The translations under genes were made by a program, and so were the position numbers. A stretch of 64,000 nt of DNA. Origin: Brevirhabdus sp. (GTDB lineage Bacteria > Pseudomonadota > Alphaproteobacteria > Rhodobacterales > Rhodobacteraceae). The notes below the pieces were generated by a model. The model was given only the letters and a program-made list of their open reading frames with translations, searched no databases and had not been told where the DNA came from. The stretch covers positions 21,351-85,350 of the forward strand of contig JAGXFH010000004.1 of NCBI GenBank assembly GCA_024637315.1. The letters run 5' to 3'. Shown here one piece after another: positions 1-10,081 of the stretch; the first letter of the stretch is position 1, and each line of letters starts with the position of its first letter.

Positions 1-279
1 GGCCAGCGCCTGGTAGACCTTGATCGACAGCGTGTCGCCCAGCACCACGGTGCCTTCCGGCGCGCCGATCAGCCGCCCGATCCGGTCGCCCAGACGCGCC
101 GGCTGCGCCATCCATTGCGCCTTGTTCCAGCCGGTGATCAGCATCTCGCCCCATTCCTCGGTCACGGTCTGCGCCACCCGCGCGGCGGCGGCCTTGGGCA
201 GCGGGCCAAGCGAGTTGCCGTCGAGGTAGATGACGCCCTCTGGCAGGTGAAACAGCGACTTGGTCTGCGCGAAATCCAT
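1..279 (-). CDS. kynU: Kynureninase, N-terminal 93 codons (gene runs off the window start)
   Basis: Own minus-strand translation from ATG 279-277: MDFAQTKSLFHLPEGVIYLDGNSLGPLPKAAAARVAQTVTEEWGEMLITGWNKAQWMAQPARLGDRIGRLIGAPEGTVVLGDT... LPEGVIYLDGNSLG and EEWG..LI..WN are typical kynureninase N-terminal motifs. Absent from the ORF track because there is no stop inside the window. Confidence 0.7.
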   Translation of the reverse strand, partial: MDFAQTKSLFHLPEGVIYLDGNSLGPLPKAAAARVAQTVTEEWGEMLITGWNKAQWMAQPARLGDRIGRLIGAPEGTVVLGDTLSIKVYQALA

Positions 280-1043
280 CACATCTGCCCCCCGGCAATT
301 TCGATGCACTGGCCGTTGACGCTGTCCGAACCGACGCCGCAAAGCCAGAGCGCGGCGGCGGCGACTTCGGAAGGCGCGATCAGGCGCTTGTGGCGATTGG
401 CGCGGATCATCGTGTTCAGCGCCTCGTCGGCGCTGACCCCGGCGCGGTCCGAGATTGCGGTGATGTTGCGCTCGACGATCGGCGTGTCGACATAGCCGGG
501 GCAGAGCGCGTTGAAGGTGATCGGGCGCATCAGGTAGTCCTCTGACAAGCCGCGGATCAGGCCGATCAGCCCGTGTTTCGAAGCGGTGTAGGCCGATGCC
601 CCGCGCAGCCCCCTGATCCCGGCGATGGACGAGACGCCGATGACCCGGCCCCAGTCCTGATCGTGCATCGAGGCCATGCATTCGCGGATCGTCAGGAATG
701 CCCCGTCGAGATTCGTGCTCATCGTCCTGCGCCAGAAACCAAGGTCGGTCTTGTGCAGCGCGCGGCCCTCGGCGATGCCGGCATTGGCGACGCAGATCGT
801 GATCGGGCCCCGGTCCTTGACGGCGGATCTGACGCCCGAGACGACGCTGTCCTCTTCGGTCACGTCCATCGCCAGCGGATGCAACCGCGGCCGGTTTCGG
901 GCAACGTCCTGCAACACCTCCAGCCTGCGGCCGGTGATCGTGACCTCGGCGCCCGCCTTGGCCAGCGCCTCGGCGATGGCAAGGCCGATGCCGGTTCCGC
1001 CGCCGGTGACAAGGGCATGCCGCCCTTCAAGATGTTCTGTCAT
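279..1043 (-). CDS. SDR-family oxidoreductase
   Basis: Inner start of track ORF 279..1445: ATG at 1043-1041 preceded by GGAGG. Motifs VTGGGTGIGLAIA (TGxxxGxG), NAG and YTASK (YxxxK). The upstream 134 codons are R/P/A-rich run-on. The TGA shares 1 nt with the kynU ATG. Confidence 0.85.
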   Translation of the reverse strand: MTEHLEGRHALVTGGGTGIGLAIAEALAKAGAEVTITGRRLEVLQDVARNRPRLHPLAMDVTEEDSVVSGVRSAVKDRGPITICVANAGIAEGRALHKTDLGFWRRTMSTNLDGAFLTIRECMASMHDQDWGRVIGVSSIAGIRGLRGASAYTASKHGLIGLIRGLSEDYLMRPITFNALCPGYVDTPIVERNITAISDRAGVSADEALNTMIRANRHKRLIAPSEVAAAALWLCGVGSDSVNGQCIEIAGGQM

Positions 1044-1155
1044 CGAAACCTCCGGATTTTTTGCAGAGTGCCGCGCCCGCAGCACCGCCGCAAGCACTTG
1101 TGCGCGGGGCACGAGTTCGGTTTGATTGCCGCTGGCGGCACAAAGGAGATCGCGC

Positions 1156-1641
1156 ATGCCCCAAGGCACTGAAAATGCTCCGGACGGGGCGGGCGCGACC
1201 TGGGTCGATCTTCCGCCGATCTGGCTGGCCGGTTGCCTGATCCTGGCCTGGGTCACCAAACGGGCGCTGCCCGGTCTGGCGCCCGATCTCGGCGTTCTGC
1301 GCTGGCTTGGCGTGGCTTTGGCGCTGGCCGGAGTGGCCCTGATGCTGCTCGCGGTCGCAGAAATGGTACGCGCCCGCACCACCGTGATCCCGCACCGCAA
1401 GCCCTCGGCGCTGGTGACGCGCGGCGTGTTTCGGGTCAGCCGCAACCCGATCTATCTGGGCGATGCGCTGATCCTGACCGGCGCGATCCTGTGGTGGGGT
1501 GCGCTGCCGGCGCTGCCGCTGATCCCGGCCTTCGTCTGGCTGATCACGGTGCGGTTCATAATACCCGAAGAGGCGCGGTTGCGGGCCGGGTTTGACGCGG
1601 AGTTCGAAAAATGGTCGGAACGGACACGAAGATGGCTGTAA
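1156..1641 (+). CDS. Isoprenylcysteine carboxyl methyltransferase (ICMT)/phospholipid methyltransferase-family membrane protein
   Basis: ATG 1156 preceded by AGGAG. Multi-TM protein with an SRNPIYLG motif and C-terminal EE..L...F..E...W typical of the ICMT/PEMT superfamily. Confidence 0.7.
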   Translation: MPQGTENAPDGAGATWVDLPPIWLAGCLILAWVTKRALPGLAPDLGVLRWLGVALALAGVALMLLAVAEMVRARTTVIPHRKPSALVTRGVFRVSRNPIYLGDALILTGAILWWGALPALPLIPAFVWLITVRFIIPEEARLRAGFDAEFEKWSERTRRWL

Positions 1642-1653
1642 GTTTGCGCAAAC
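1642..1653. promoter_or_regulatory. Perfect 12-bp palindrome GTTTGCGCAAAC about 90 bp upstream of pntA
   Basis: Read directly. It follows the stop of the ICMT-like gene immediately and lies in the pntA upstream region. No cognate factor identified. Confidence 0.25.
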
Positions 1654-1744
1654 AATGCCTTTCATTGCCTTGTGACCGGTTCCGGCTGGGTTATACAGGG
1701 GCTCAGCGCAAAGGGTCGAAAAGACTGCAAGGGGGACAGAACTC

Positions 1745-3319
1745 GTGAAGATCGGTGCACCGAAAGAGATTTTTGAGGGCGAAGCGCGGGTTGCGATGAC
1801 CCCCGACAGCGCCGTTCAGTTGCAGAAACTGGGCCATGACTGCGTGATCGAGGCAGGCGCCGGCGCCGCGGCCGGGTTTTCGGATGCCGCCTACAAGGCG
1901 GCGGGCGTCGAGGTGGTCAAGACCGCCGCGGCCCTCTGGAAGGCCGCCGAAGTGGTGATCAAGGTGCGCCCGCCCTCCGAGACCGAGGCGAAGCGGCTGG
2001 TCAAGGGCCAGACGCTGATCTCGTTCTTCTGGCCGGGCCAGAACGAAAAGCTGATGGAACTGGCCAAGGGCAAGGGCGCCAATGTCATCGCGATGGACAT
2101 GGTGCCGCGGATTTCGCGCGCCCAGAAGATGGACGCGCTGTCCTCGATGGCCAATATCGCCGGCTACCGTGCGGTGATCGAGGCCGGCAACAATTTCGGA
2201 CGTTTCTTCACCGGTCAGGTGACGGCAGCGGGCAAGGTGCCGCCGGCCAAGGTCCTGGTCGTGGGCGCCGGCGTCGCGGGCCTTGCCGCGATCGGCACCT
2301 CGACCTCTCTCGGCGCGATCACCTACGCCTTTGACGTGCGCCCCGAAGTGGCCGAGCAGATCGAGAGCATGGGCGCGGAATTCGTCTATCTCGATTTCGA
2401 GGAAGCGGCGCAGGACGGCGCGGCGACAGGCGGCTACGCGGCGCCCTCCAGCCCCGAGTTCCGCGAAAAGCAGCTTGAGAAGTTCCGCGAACTGGCGCCC
2501 GAGATGGACATCGTCATCACCACCGCGCTGATCCCCGGCCGCGACGCGCCCAAGCTCTGGACCAAGGACATGGTCGAGGCGATGAAGCCCGGCTCGGTCA
2601 TCGTCGATCTCGCCGCCGAGCGCGGCGGCAACTGCGACCTGACCGTTCCGGACGAGAAGATCGTCACCGACAACGGCGTGACCATCGTCGGGTATACCGA
2701 CTTTCCCAGCCGGATGGCGGCGCAGGCCTCGACGCTCTATTCCAACAACGTCCGCCACATGCTGAGCGATCTGACCCCCGACAAGGACGGCAAGATCGAT
2801 CACGACATGGAGGATGACGTGATCCGCGGCGCGACCGCGACCTTCGAGGGCGAGATCACCTTCCCGCCGCCACCGCCGAAGGTGCAGGCGATCGCCGCGC
2901 AAAAGAAGAAACCGGCAGCCAAGGAACTGACGCGGGAAGAGAAGATGGCCGAGGAGGCCGCCGCGTTCCGCAAGTCGACCACCAGCCAGGTGACGCTGCT
3001 GGCCATCGGCGCGCTGCTGATCCTGGTGGTCGGGGCCTATGCACCGGCCAGTTTCATGCAGCATTTCATCGTCTTCGTGCTGTCGGTCTTCATCGGCTTC
3101 CAGGTCATCTGGGGGGTCAGCCATTCGCTGCACACGCCGCTGATGGCGGTGACCAACGCGATTTCCGGGATCATCATCCTGGGCGCGCTGCTGCAGATCG
3201 GCGATAGCGGCTGGATCGTGAAGATCCTCGCCACGATCTCGGTCCTGATCGCCACGATCAACATCGTCGGGGGCTTCATGGTCACCCGGAGGATGTTGCA
3301 GATGTTCCAGAAATCCTGA
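1745..3319 (+). CDS. pntA: NAD(P) transhydrogenase subunit alpha (fused dI plus membrane dII-alpha)
   Basis: GTG start. MKIGAPKEIFEGEARVAMTP...QKLG aligns by eye with E. coli PntA MRIGIPRERLTNETRVAATP. Rossmann motif VVGAGVAGLAAIG. C-terminal TM helices. Confidence 0.95.
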   Translation: MKIGAPKEIFEGEARVAMTPDSAVQLQKLGHDCVIEAGAGAAAGFSDAAYKAAGVEVVKTAAALWKAAEVVIKVRPPSETEAKRLVKGQTLISFFWPGQNEKLMELAKGKGANVIAMDMVPRISRAQKMDALSSMANIAGYRAVIEAGNNFGRFFTGQVTAAGKVPPAKVLVVGAGVAGLAAIGTSTSLGAITYAFDVRPEVAEQIESMGAEFVYLDFEEAAQDGAATGGYAAPSSPEFREKQLEKFRELAPEMDIVITTALIPGRDAPKLWTKDMVEAMKPGSVIVDLAAERGGNCDLTVPDEKIVTDNGVTIVGYTDFPSRMAAQASTLYSNNVRHMLSDLTPDKDGKIDHDMEDDVIRGATATFEGEITFPPPPPKVQAIAAQKKKPAAKELTREEKMAEEAAAFRKSTTSQVTLLAIGALLILVVGAYAPASFMQHFIVFVLSVFIGFQVIWGVSHSLHTPLMAVTNAISGIIILGALLQIGDSGWIVKILATISVLIATINIVGGFMVTRRMLQMFQKS

Positions 3320-3333
3320 GCGGGGGCTGATCC

Positions 3334-4707
3334 ATGTCTTTCGGTATTCAAACCGCCGCCTATATCGCGGCATCCGTCCTTTTCATCCTCGCCCTTGGCG
3401 GCCTGAGCAACCAGGAAAAGGCGAAACGCGCCGTCTGGTACGGCATCGTCGGGATGGCGATCGCGGTCTTCGCGACGATCCTCGGACCGCAGGTCTCGAT
3501 CTCTGCGCTGCTGATCGTCGTCCTGCTGATCGGGGCCGGGATCGGCGTCGTGGTGGCGCAGCGGGTCGAGATGACCGGCATGCCGCAACTGGTAGCGGCG
3601 CTGCATTCCTTCGTCGGTCTGGCGGCGGTGTTCATCGGCCTGAACTCGGACATCACGGCACATGGTTTCCCCACCCATGCCGAGCAGGTGATCCACGAGG
3701 TCGAGGTGTTCCTTGGCGTCTTCATCGGCGCTGTCACCTTCACCGGTTCGATCATCGCCTATGGCAAGCTGGCGAGCCGGATCACCGGCAAGGCGCTGAT
3801 CCTGCCGGGGCGGCACATCTGGAACATCATGATGGTGGGGGTCTCGTTCCTGCTGCTGTTGGCCTACATGAACGGCGTCGGATCCTGGACGCTCTACCTG
3901 ATGACGCTGCTGGCCTTCGTGCTCGGGGCGCATCTGGTGATGGCGATCGGCGGCGCCGACATGCCGGTCGTGGTCTCGATGCTGAACAGCTATTCCGGCT
4001 GGGCGGCGGCGGCGACCGGGTTCCTTCTGGGCAACGACCTGTTGATCGTCACCGGTGCGCTGGTCGGATCGTCCGGTGCGATCCTGTCCTACATCATGTG
4101 CCGGGCGATGAACCGGCATTTCCTCAGCGTCATTCTGGGCGGCTTCGGCGGCGCCTCGGGTCCGGCGGCCGAGATCGAGGGCGAGCAGATCGCGATCGAT
4201 GCCGAAGGTGTCGCGGCGGCGCTGAACGATGCCGACAGTGTCGTCATCATCCCCGGCTACGGCATGGCGGTGGCGCAGGCGCAGCAATCGGTCAGCGAAC
4301 TGACCCGCAAGCTGCGCGCGGCCGGCAAGCAGGTGCGCTTCGCCATTCACCCGGTGGCGGGGCGTCTGCCGGGCCACATGAACGTGCTTCTGGCCGAGGC
4401 CAAGGTGCCCTACGACATCGTGCTGGAGATGGACGAGATCAACGAGGATTTCCCCTCGACCGATGTGGCCATCGTCATCGGCTCGAACGACATCGTGAAC
4501 CCGGCGGCGCAGGAGGATCCGAACAGCCCGATTGCCGGGATGCCGGTTCTGGAATGCTGGAAGGCGAAACAGGTCTTCGTGTCCAAGCGCGGCCAGGGCA
4601 CAGGCTACTCGGGCATCGAGAACCCGCTGTTCTACAAGGAAAACACCCGCATGTTCTACGGCGATGCCAAGGCCTCGATCGACAGCCTGCTGCCGCTGAT
4701 CAATTGA
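3334..4707 (+). CDS. pntB: NAD(P) transhydrogenase subunit beta
   Basis: [25 protein letters not shown] matches the PntB N-terminus. Multi-TM region followed by a soluble dIII domain ([21 protein letters not shown]). Confidence 0.95.
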   Translation: MSFGIQTAAYIAASVLFILALGGLSNQEKAKRAVWYGIVGMAIAVFATILGPQVSISALLIVVLLIGAGIGVVVAQRVEMTGMPQLVAALHSFVGLAAVFIGLNSDITAHGFPTHAEQVIHEVEVFLGVFIGAVTFTGSIIAYGKLASRITGKALILPGRHIWNIMMVGVSFLLLLAYMNGVGSWTLYLMTLLAFVLGAHLVMAIGGADMPVVVSMLNSYSGWAAAATGFLLGNDLLIVTGALVGSSGAILSYIMCRAMNRHFLSVILGGFGGASGPAAEIEGEQIAIDAEGVAAALNDADSVVIIPGYGMAVAQAQQSVSELTRKLRAAGKQVRFAIHPVAGRLPGHMNVLLAEAKVPYDIVLEMDEINEDFPSTDVAIVIGSNDIVNPAAQEDPNSPIAGMPVLECWKAKQVFVSKRGQGTGYSGIENPLFYKENTRMFYGDAKASIDSLLPLIN

Positions 4708-4713
4708 AGACAG

Positions 4714-4734
4714 GCGGGGGCCACCAGCCCCCGC
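4714..4734 (+). terminator. Stem-loop after pntB (GCGGGGGC-cacca-GCCCCCGC)
   Basis: Perfect 8-bp GC stem with a 5-nt loop, 7 nt after the pntB stop. No clear U-tract. Confidence 0.4.
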
Positions 4735-4970
4735 AATGCTCCCGAAGACCCGTTGACCCCGACCAAGTGATGCGGGAATGCAAGTCTACGCCGGTATACG
4801 GTGGCCGGGCTTTTGGCGGCGCGCGTTGCCGTCTATAGCGTTTCGGAACATGGTGAAGACAAGAAGCATGGAATTCGCGTTCAAGCGCAGCGACAGGCAG
4901 CGAAACTCCGATTCAATATCTTCCCGAAACGCCTTAATGTGACGCGACGCGTTCAACGTCCGGATTGTCG

Positions 4971-6254
4971 ATGACCCAGCCTGCCGATCACCCGCTGCGC
5001 TATGCGCTGGCCAACGAGTTGCACGCGCGGCCGTTTCCGGCGCTCGATGCGCCGTGTTTTGCGGCCTATCTGGCGATCAAGCCGGAACACGATGCCGCCC
5101 GCCGGGACCGGGCGGCGGACCGGGCGCATCTGGTCGACCTGCTCGACCGGTTCGGCGCGGCGCACCCGCAGCCCGATGCCACGCATTTCTTTGGCGAGAT
5201 CGGCAAATACACCCTGAAATGGGAAAGCCACACCGAATTCGTGACCTACACGATCTTCGGCAACGGCAACGCCGTGCGGGCCTTTGATCCGGCATGCTTC
5301 GACGTGTTTCCGAAGGACTGGTTGCGGCGGGCGCCGGGGGTCCGGATGACATCGGCGCTGATCCGGGTTGAACTGGCCGAGGACAATTCCGAAGTACTCG
5401 CCAAGCTCGAAAACTGGTTCGTCCCGGAAAGCGTGGCGGTCAGCCATGTGCTGGACGAAAGCGCGGTCATTGCCGGGGATTTCCGGATCGACACCGCCGG
5501 CCATATGCGGCTGGCCGTGTTTGCCAGGCCGTGGACCGGGCCGCGCCGGATCGGGCGGATCGTGCAGCGGCTGTGCGAGATCGAGACCTACAAGGCGATG
5601 TCGATGCTGGGCCTGACGCGGGCGCGGCAATTGTCGGCGGAACTGGGGCCGATCGACAGGCGGCTGACGCGGCTGGTGGGCGCGATGACCGGCGAGGTGT
5701 CTTCGCCAGAGGCGACGCTGAAGGATCTGCTGTCGATCTCGGCCGAGCTGGAAAGCATGGCGGCGCAGTCGAGTTTCCGGTTCGGCGCGACCGGGGCCTA
5801 CGAGGCGATCGTCAACCAGCGGATCGGTGTGCTGCGAGAGCAGCGGTTCGAGGGCCGCCAGACCTTCGCCGAGTTCATGATGCGGCGCTACGATCCTGCG
5901 ATGCGGACAGTGAAATCGGCCGAGCGGCAGCTGGCCAACATGGCTGATCGCGCGATCCGGGCAGGTGATCTGTTGCGGACGCAGGTCGATGTGGAACGTT
6001 CGGCGCAGAACCAGAAGCTGTTGGAAAGCATGGACAAGCGCGCCGATCTGCAACTGCGGCTGCAAAAGACCGTCGAAGGCTTGTCGGTGGTTGCGATCAG
6101 CTACTACGCGGTGAACCTCGCCGCCTACATGGCCTATCCGTTCACCGATGAGATCGGTGTCTCGAAAGGGCTGGCGACGGCGGTGCTCACTCCGCTGGTA
6201 GTGGGGCTCGTCTGGCTTCTGGTGCGGCGAATCCGGCGGCAGGTCGAGCACTGA
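4971..6254 (+). CDS. Conserved membrane-anchored protein of unknown function (resembles DUF3422, from memory)
   Basis: ATG 4971 (the track starts at TTG 4965). About 427 aa, a soluble N-terminal region with a long coiled segment and two C-terminal TM helices. High GC3 throughout. Confidence 0.6.
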   Translation: MTQPADHPLRYALANELHARPFPALDAPCFAAYLAIKPEHDAARRDRAADRAHLVDLLDRFGAAHPQPDATHFFGEIGKYTLKWESHTEFVTYTIFGNGNAVRAFDPACFDVFPKDWLRRAPGVRMTSALIRVELAEDNSEVLAKLENWFVPESVAVSHVLDESAVIAGDFRIDTAGHMRLAVFARPWTGPRRIGRIVQRLCEIETYKAMSMLGLTRARQLSAELGPIDRRLTRLVGAMTGEVSSPEATLKDLLSISAELESMAAQSSFRFGATGAYEAIVNQRIGVLREQRFEGRQTFAEFMMRRYDPAMRTVKSAERQLANMADRAIRAGDLLRTQVDVERSAQNQKLLESMDKRADLQLRLQKTVEGLSVVAISYYAVNLAAYMAYPFTDEIGVSKGLATAVLTPLVVGLVWLLVRRIRRQVEH

Positions 6255-7269
6255 TCAGGCGGTTCAGGACAAGCGCGCCGGCGGCGATCGAGGCCAGCGC
6301 CAGAATCGCGGCGAGCGACAGGGTCGGCACACCCGAAAGCCCCGCCCCGACCGTGCAGCCGCCCGCAAGCACGCCGCCGAACCCCATCAGCACGGCCCCC
6401 GAAAGGTAGCGGCCGGTTTCACCCGGCGAGGTGAAGCTTTGCCATGCGAACCGACCGCTGATCAGCGACAGCGCCAGAGCCCCGGCAACGACGCCCCCCA
6501 GAAGACCGACGCCGAACCCGGCAGGGATCGAGGTCGAGGCGATGCCCCAGAACAGGGTCTCCGCGGCGGGCGAGGTGAAGGAAAGCGCCTCGAACGGGAT
6601 CGGATCGAAGTCATCGTAAAGGATGTAGCCGGTGCCGATCCATGCGGCGGGAACCAGCAGGCCGATCAGGACGGCAAGGCCCAGATGCAGCGGGCGGGCG
6701 CCGGAACGGACGGCAACCCCAAATGAGATCAACGCGATGACCGCCGCCCAGACCAACGGGCCGCCGGGCAGGGCGGCCAGCGAAATCGCCTCGCCCGTGG
6801 ATGCCGTCACCCCGCCGAGCGTGGTGCGGACCGGGGCCAGAACACCCTTCAGCGTCGCATGGGCGACGAAGGCGAAGACCAGCAGGACGGTGATCGCGCG
6901 CAGGTTGCCGGACGCGCCCAGCACCGTCAGCCGCGAGACGCAGCCGCGGGTCAGGACCATGCCGCCGCCGAACGCAACGCCGCCGATGATGATGGCGAGC
7001 CACGGCAGATCGGCCGCCATGAACCGATGATCGGCGAATGAAATGAGGTCGTTGGCCACCGCAAGCTGGGTGCCGATGACAGCCGTGGCCAGCGCCGTCA
7101 GCCAGACGCCAAGCGCCGGGCGGCGCTCTGCGGTCGCGCCGACAAGGGCGCGGCGAAGACAGAAGCGGGTCACCTCTGCAAGCGCGCCAAACGCCAGGCC
7201 AAGGGCAAGCCCGAGCAGGATCGAGGCCTGCCGGGGGCCGATCTCTTCTAAACCGAGGGACTCGAACAT
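6187..7269 (-). CDS. YeeE/YedE-family (sulfur-compound transport-like) membrane protein
   Basis: ATG 7269-7267 preceded by GGAGGAA. About 360 aa polytopic protein with duplicated Gly-rich halves containing conserved Cys (TRFCL, LTRGCV, GGCTVG). The last 68 nt overlap the convergent upstream gene. Confidence 0.8.
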   Translation of the reverse strand: MFESLGLEEIGPRQASILLGLALGLAFGALAEVTRFCLRRALVGATAERRPALGVWLTALATAVIGTQLAVANDLISFADHRFMAADLPWLAIIIGGVAFGGGMVLTRGCVSRLTVLGASGNLRAITVLLVFAFVAHATLKGVLAPVRTTLGGVTASTGEAISLAALPGGPLVWAAVIALISFGVAVRSGARPLHLGLAVLIGLLVPAAWIGTGYILYDDFDPIPFEALSFTSPAAETLFWGIASTSIPAGFGVGLLGGVVAGALALSLISGRFAWQSFTSPGETGRYLSGAVLMGFGGVLAGGCTVGAGLSGVPTLSLAAILALASIAAGALVLNRLISARPAAGFAAPEARRAPLPAE

Positions 7270-7660
7270 GGCTGATTCCTCCGTTAACGGAACATTTTCC
7301 GCATTTGGCGCGAAATTCACGAAGAAACAAGCGATCAGCCCCGGCAGTTTGGGCGGTTGGCCAGAACGATGTTCCGCAAGGGGCCAGCCCAGAGAATATC
7401 GTTCCTCACCTGCGAAGTCTCGCCGGACGCTATTCCATGTCGGCGGGCCAGCCGGGGCTGTCCTTCTTTTTCCACCGACGCCCCCCCATCGGGCGGGTTC
7501 GCCATGCGACCGGCCAGTCGGGCCGCGCGGCGTCCGGGGTCGGCGGGCCGGGGGCCTTTGGTCGGCGAAGCCGGCATCCGGATCCTGAAGAATTGGCTTG
7601 TGGGTGCCAGCCTCCTGCGCGAGGATTGGCCGTCATGCCCGAAATCCCCGGAGTTGTTCG

Positions 7661-8824
7661 ATGCCCGTGAAAAACCGATTTGCCGAGTTGCTACCCAAAA
7701 TCAGCGAATGGCGCCGGGATTTTCATGCCCATCCCGAGATCCTGTTCGACACCCACCGGACGGCCGGCCGGGTCGCCGAACTGCTTGAGGGCTTCGGCTG
7801 CGACGAGGTGGTGACTGGGATCGGCCGCACCGGTGTGGTCGCCGTGATCAAGGGCAAGAGCGACGCCTCGGGCAAGGTGATCGGACTGCGCGCCGACATG
7901 GATGCGCTGCCGATCGAAGAGGCGACGGGGCTCGACTACGCCAGCAAGACCAAGGGCGCGATGCATGCCTGCGGTCATGACGGCCATACCGCGATGCTGC
8001 TCGGAGCCGCGAAATACCTTGCCGAGACGCGGAATTTCGACGGCACCTGCGTGGTGATCTTCCAGCCCGCCGAAGAAGGCGGCGGCGGCGGCCGCGAAAT
8101 GTGCGAGGACGGGCTGATGCAGCGCTGGGGCATCCACGAGGTCTACGGGATGCACAACTGGCCAGGGCGGCCGCTGGGAACCTTCGCAATCCGGCCCGGC
8201 GCGTTCTTTGCCGCCACTGACCAGTTCGAGATCACCATCGAGGGCAAGGGGGGCCATGCCGCCAAGCCGCATGAAACCGTGGACAGCACCGTCGTGGCCA
8301 GCCATGTCGTGCTGGCGCTGCAAACCATTGCCAGCCGCAATGTCGATCCGGTGCATCAGGTGGTGGTGTCGGTGACCTCGTTCGAGACCTCTTCGAAGGC
8401 GTTCAACGTCATCGCGCAACGGGTGCATCTGAAAGGCACTGTCCGGACGCTGGACAAGGACGTGCGGCAATTGGCCGGCGAGCGGGTGATCAAGATCGCC
8501 GAAGCCACCGCCGATGCCTTCGGCGCGGTGGCGAAGGTGAACTACATGAAAGGCTACCCGGTGATGGTGAACCATCCCGAGCAGACCGAGTTCGCGGCGG
8601 ATGTGGCGCGCAAGGTGTCGGGCCAGTGCGACGAGGCGCCCTTGATCATGGGCGGCGAGGATTTCGCCTTCATGCTCGAGGAGCGGCCGGGGGCCTATAT
8701 CCTCGTGGGCAATGGCGACACCGCGATGGTGCATCACCCCGAGTACAATTTCAGCGACGAGGCGATCCCGGCCGGGTGCAGCTGGTGGGCCGAGATCGTC
8801 GAAAGCCGGATGCCTGCGGCGTGA
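7661..8824 (+). CDS. M20-family amidohydrolase (hippurate hydrolase / N-acyl-amino acid amidohydrolase-like)
   Basis: Inner ATG 7661. FHAHPE, MHACGHDGHTAMLLGAA, QPAEEGGGG and GGEDF motifs. Confidence 0.85.
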   Translation: MPVKNRFAELLPKISEWRRDFHAHPEILFDTHRTAGRVAELLEGFGCDEVVTGIGRTGVVAVIKGKSDASGKVIGLRADMDALPIEEATGLDYASKTKGAMHACGHDGHTAMLLGAAKYLAETRNFDGTCVVIFQPAEEGGGGGREMCEDGLMQRWGIHEVYGMHNWPGRPLGTFAIRPGAFFAATDQFEITIEGKGGHAAKPHETVDSTVVASHVVLALQTIASRNVDPVHQVVVSVTSFETSSKAFNVIAQRVHLKGTVRTLDKDVRQLAGERVIKIAEATADAFGAVAKVNYMKGYPVMVNHPEQTEFAADVARKVSGQCDEAPLIMGGEDFAFMLEERPGAYILVGNGDTAMVHHPEYNFSDEAIPAGCSWWAEIVESRMPAA

Positions 8825-8949
8825 AGCCTTGCCTCCGGGCACCGTGAGGGCCGCGCCGGATCCCGGCAAACACCGCGCGGCGTGGTCGTTGACGGCACCC
8901 TCGCGATCGGCCATGCAGCGGCGAACGATCCTGACGCAGGCGGCCCGCG

Positions 8950-9684
8950 ATGAAATCTTTCCTGATCCTGCAACTTCGGCCCGAGGCGGAAGCCTCGGAC
9001 AATGAATATGCGGCGATTCTCGGGAAAGGCGGGCTGACCGAGGCCGAGACGTGCCGGGTGCGACTTGATTGCGAAACCCTGCCGGCAAAGCTGCGGCTGG
9101 ATGACTATTGCGGCGTCATCGTCGGCGGCGGGCCGGGCTGCGTCTCTGACCCGCCCCAGAAGAAATCTCCGGTCGAGGCGCGGATCGAGGCGGCGGTGCT
9201 GGGCCTGATGCCCGAGATCACCGGCCGCGACTTTCCGTTCATGGGCTGCTGTTACGGCATCGGCGTGCTTGGTTATCACCTGGGCGCGCCGGTGACCAAG
9301 GACCATCACGGCGAGGGCGTGGGCGCGACGCTGTGCAAGCTGACGCCCGAGGGCGCGACGGATCCGCTGCTGGCCGGATTTCCATCGGAATTCCAAGCCT
9401 TTGTCGGCCACAAAGAGGCGCTCGACGCGCTGCCGGACGGCTGTGTCCAGCTTCTGTCCTCGGATCCGTGCCCCTATCAGATGATCCGCCACGGCGCGAA
9501 TGTCTATGCCACCCAGTTTCACCCCGAGGCCGATGCGGCGGTCTTCGAGACCCGGATCCGGGTCTACCGCGAGCGGGGGTATTTCCCACCCGAGGATGCC
9601 GACCGCCTGATCGCGATGTGCCGGGCCGCGGATGTGACGATGCCGGAACGGATCTTGCGGGGTTTCGTGGAACGCTATGGCTGA
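8950..9684 (+). CDS. Class I glutamine amidotransferase-like protein
   Basis: GATase1 layout: nucleophile elbow GCCYGIG and a downstream QFHPE motif. Confidence 0.8.
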   Translation: MKSFLILQLRPEAEASDNEYAAILGKGGLTEAETCRVRLDCETLPAKLRLDDYCGVIVGGGPGCVSDPPQKKSPVEARIEAAVLGLMPEITGRDFPFMGCCYGIGVLGYHLGAPVTKDHHGEGVGATLCKLTPEGATDPLLAGFPSEFQAFVGHKEALDALPDGCVQLLSSDPCPYQMIRHGANVYATQFHPEADAAVFETRIRVYRERGYFPPEDADRLIAMCRAADVTMPERILRGFVERYG

Positions 9685-9777
9685 GGACCGGGCGCGTGGT
9701 TGCGCCGGTTACGGGTGGGCGGATCCCTCAACGCAAGTGCGGTCGTGCGGGCCTCGGCCGGGGTTGCATGGCCCGCG

Positions 9778-10002
9778 TCATCGCTGGCTTTCAATAACAA
9801 GGCCGCGCCGACCCCAGCGCACCTGCGCCCAGATCCGTTCATAGAGGAAATAGGTCGCAAATCCGATCCCGCAGTTGAGAAGCGCGATCATGCCTCCCAG
9901 CGTGGAAGAGCCGGTCAGCGTCCAGCCGACCGCCAGCATCACAACCAGACCCAGGGCCTGCCATAGGACCGCCTTCACCAAGGTGCGTTTGCCTGTTTCC
10001 AT
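9778..10002 (-). CDS. Small 2-TM membrane protein (DUF2061-like, from memory)
   Basis: 74 aa. KAVLWQALGLVVMLAVGW...IGFATYFLYERIW pattern. Divergent from the XRE regulator gene. Confidence 0.6.
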   Translation of the reverse strand: METGKRTLVKAVLWQALGLVVMLAVGWTLTGSSTLGGMIALLNCGIGFATYFLYERIWAQVRWGRRGLVIESQR

Positions 10003-10081
10003 CTTCGATTCCTTTCCGTCTCTCCCCGGAATGGGTAGCGCAAGGACGGTACGCTGTGTATTCTGGACATTGTAAACTATT

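Noticed and set aside
1703-3373. 556-aa minus-strand ORF covering pntA
   Set aside because: It is antisense to a motif-rich pntA. The translation is Arg/His/Asp/Gly-rich with no recognisable motif. This is a typical shadow ORF in high-GC DNA. The same reasoning applies to 3037..4377(-), 4953..6251(-), 7691..9088(-), 12845..14353(-) and 11225..12328(+).
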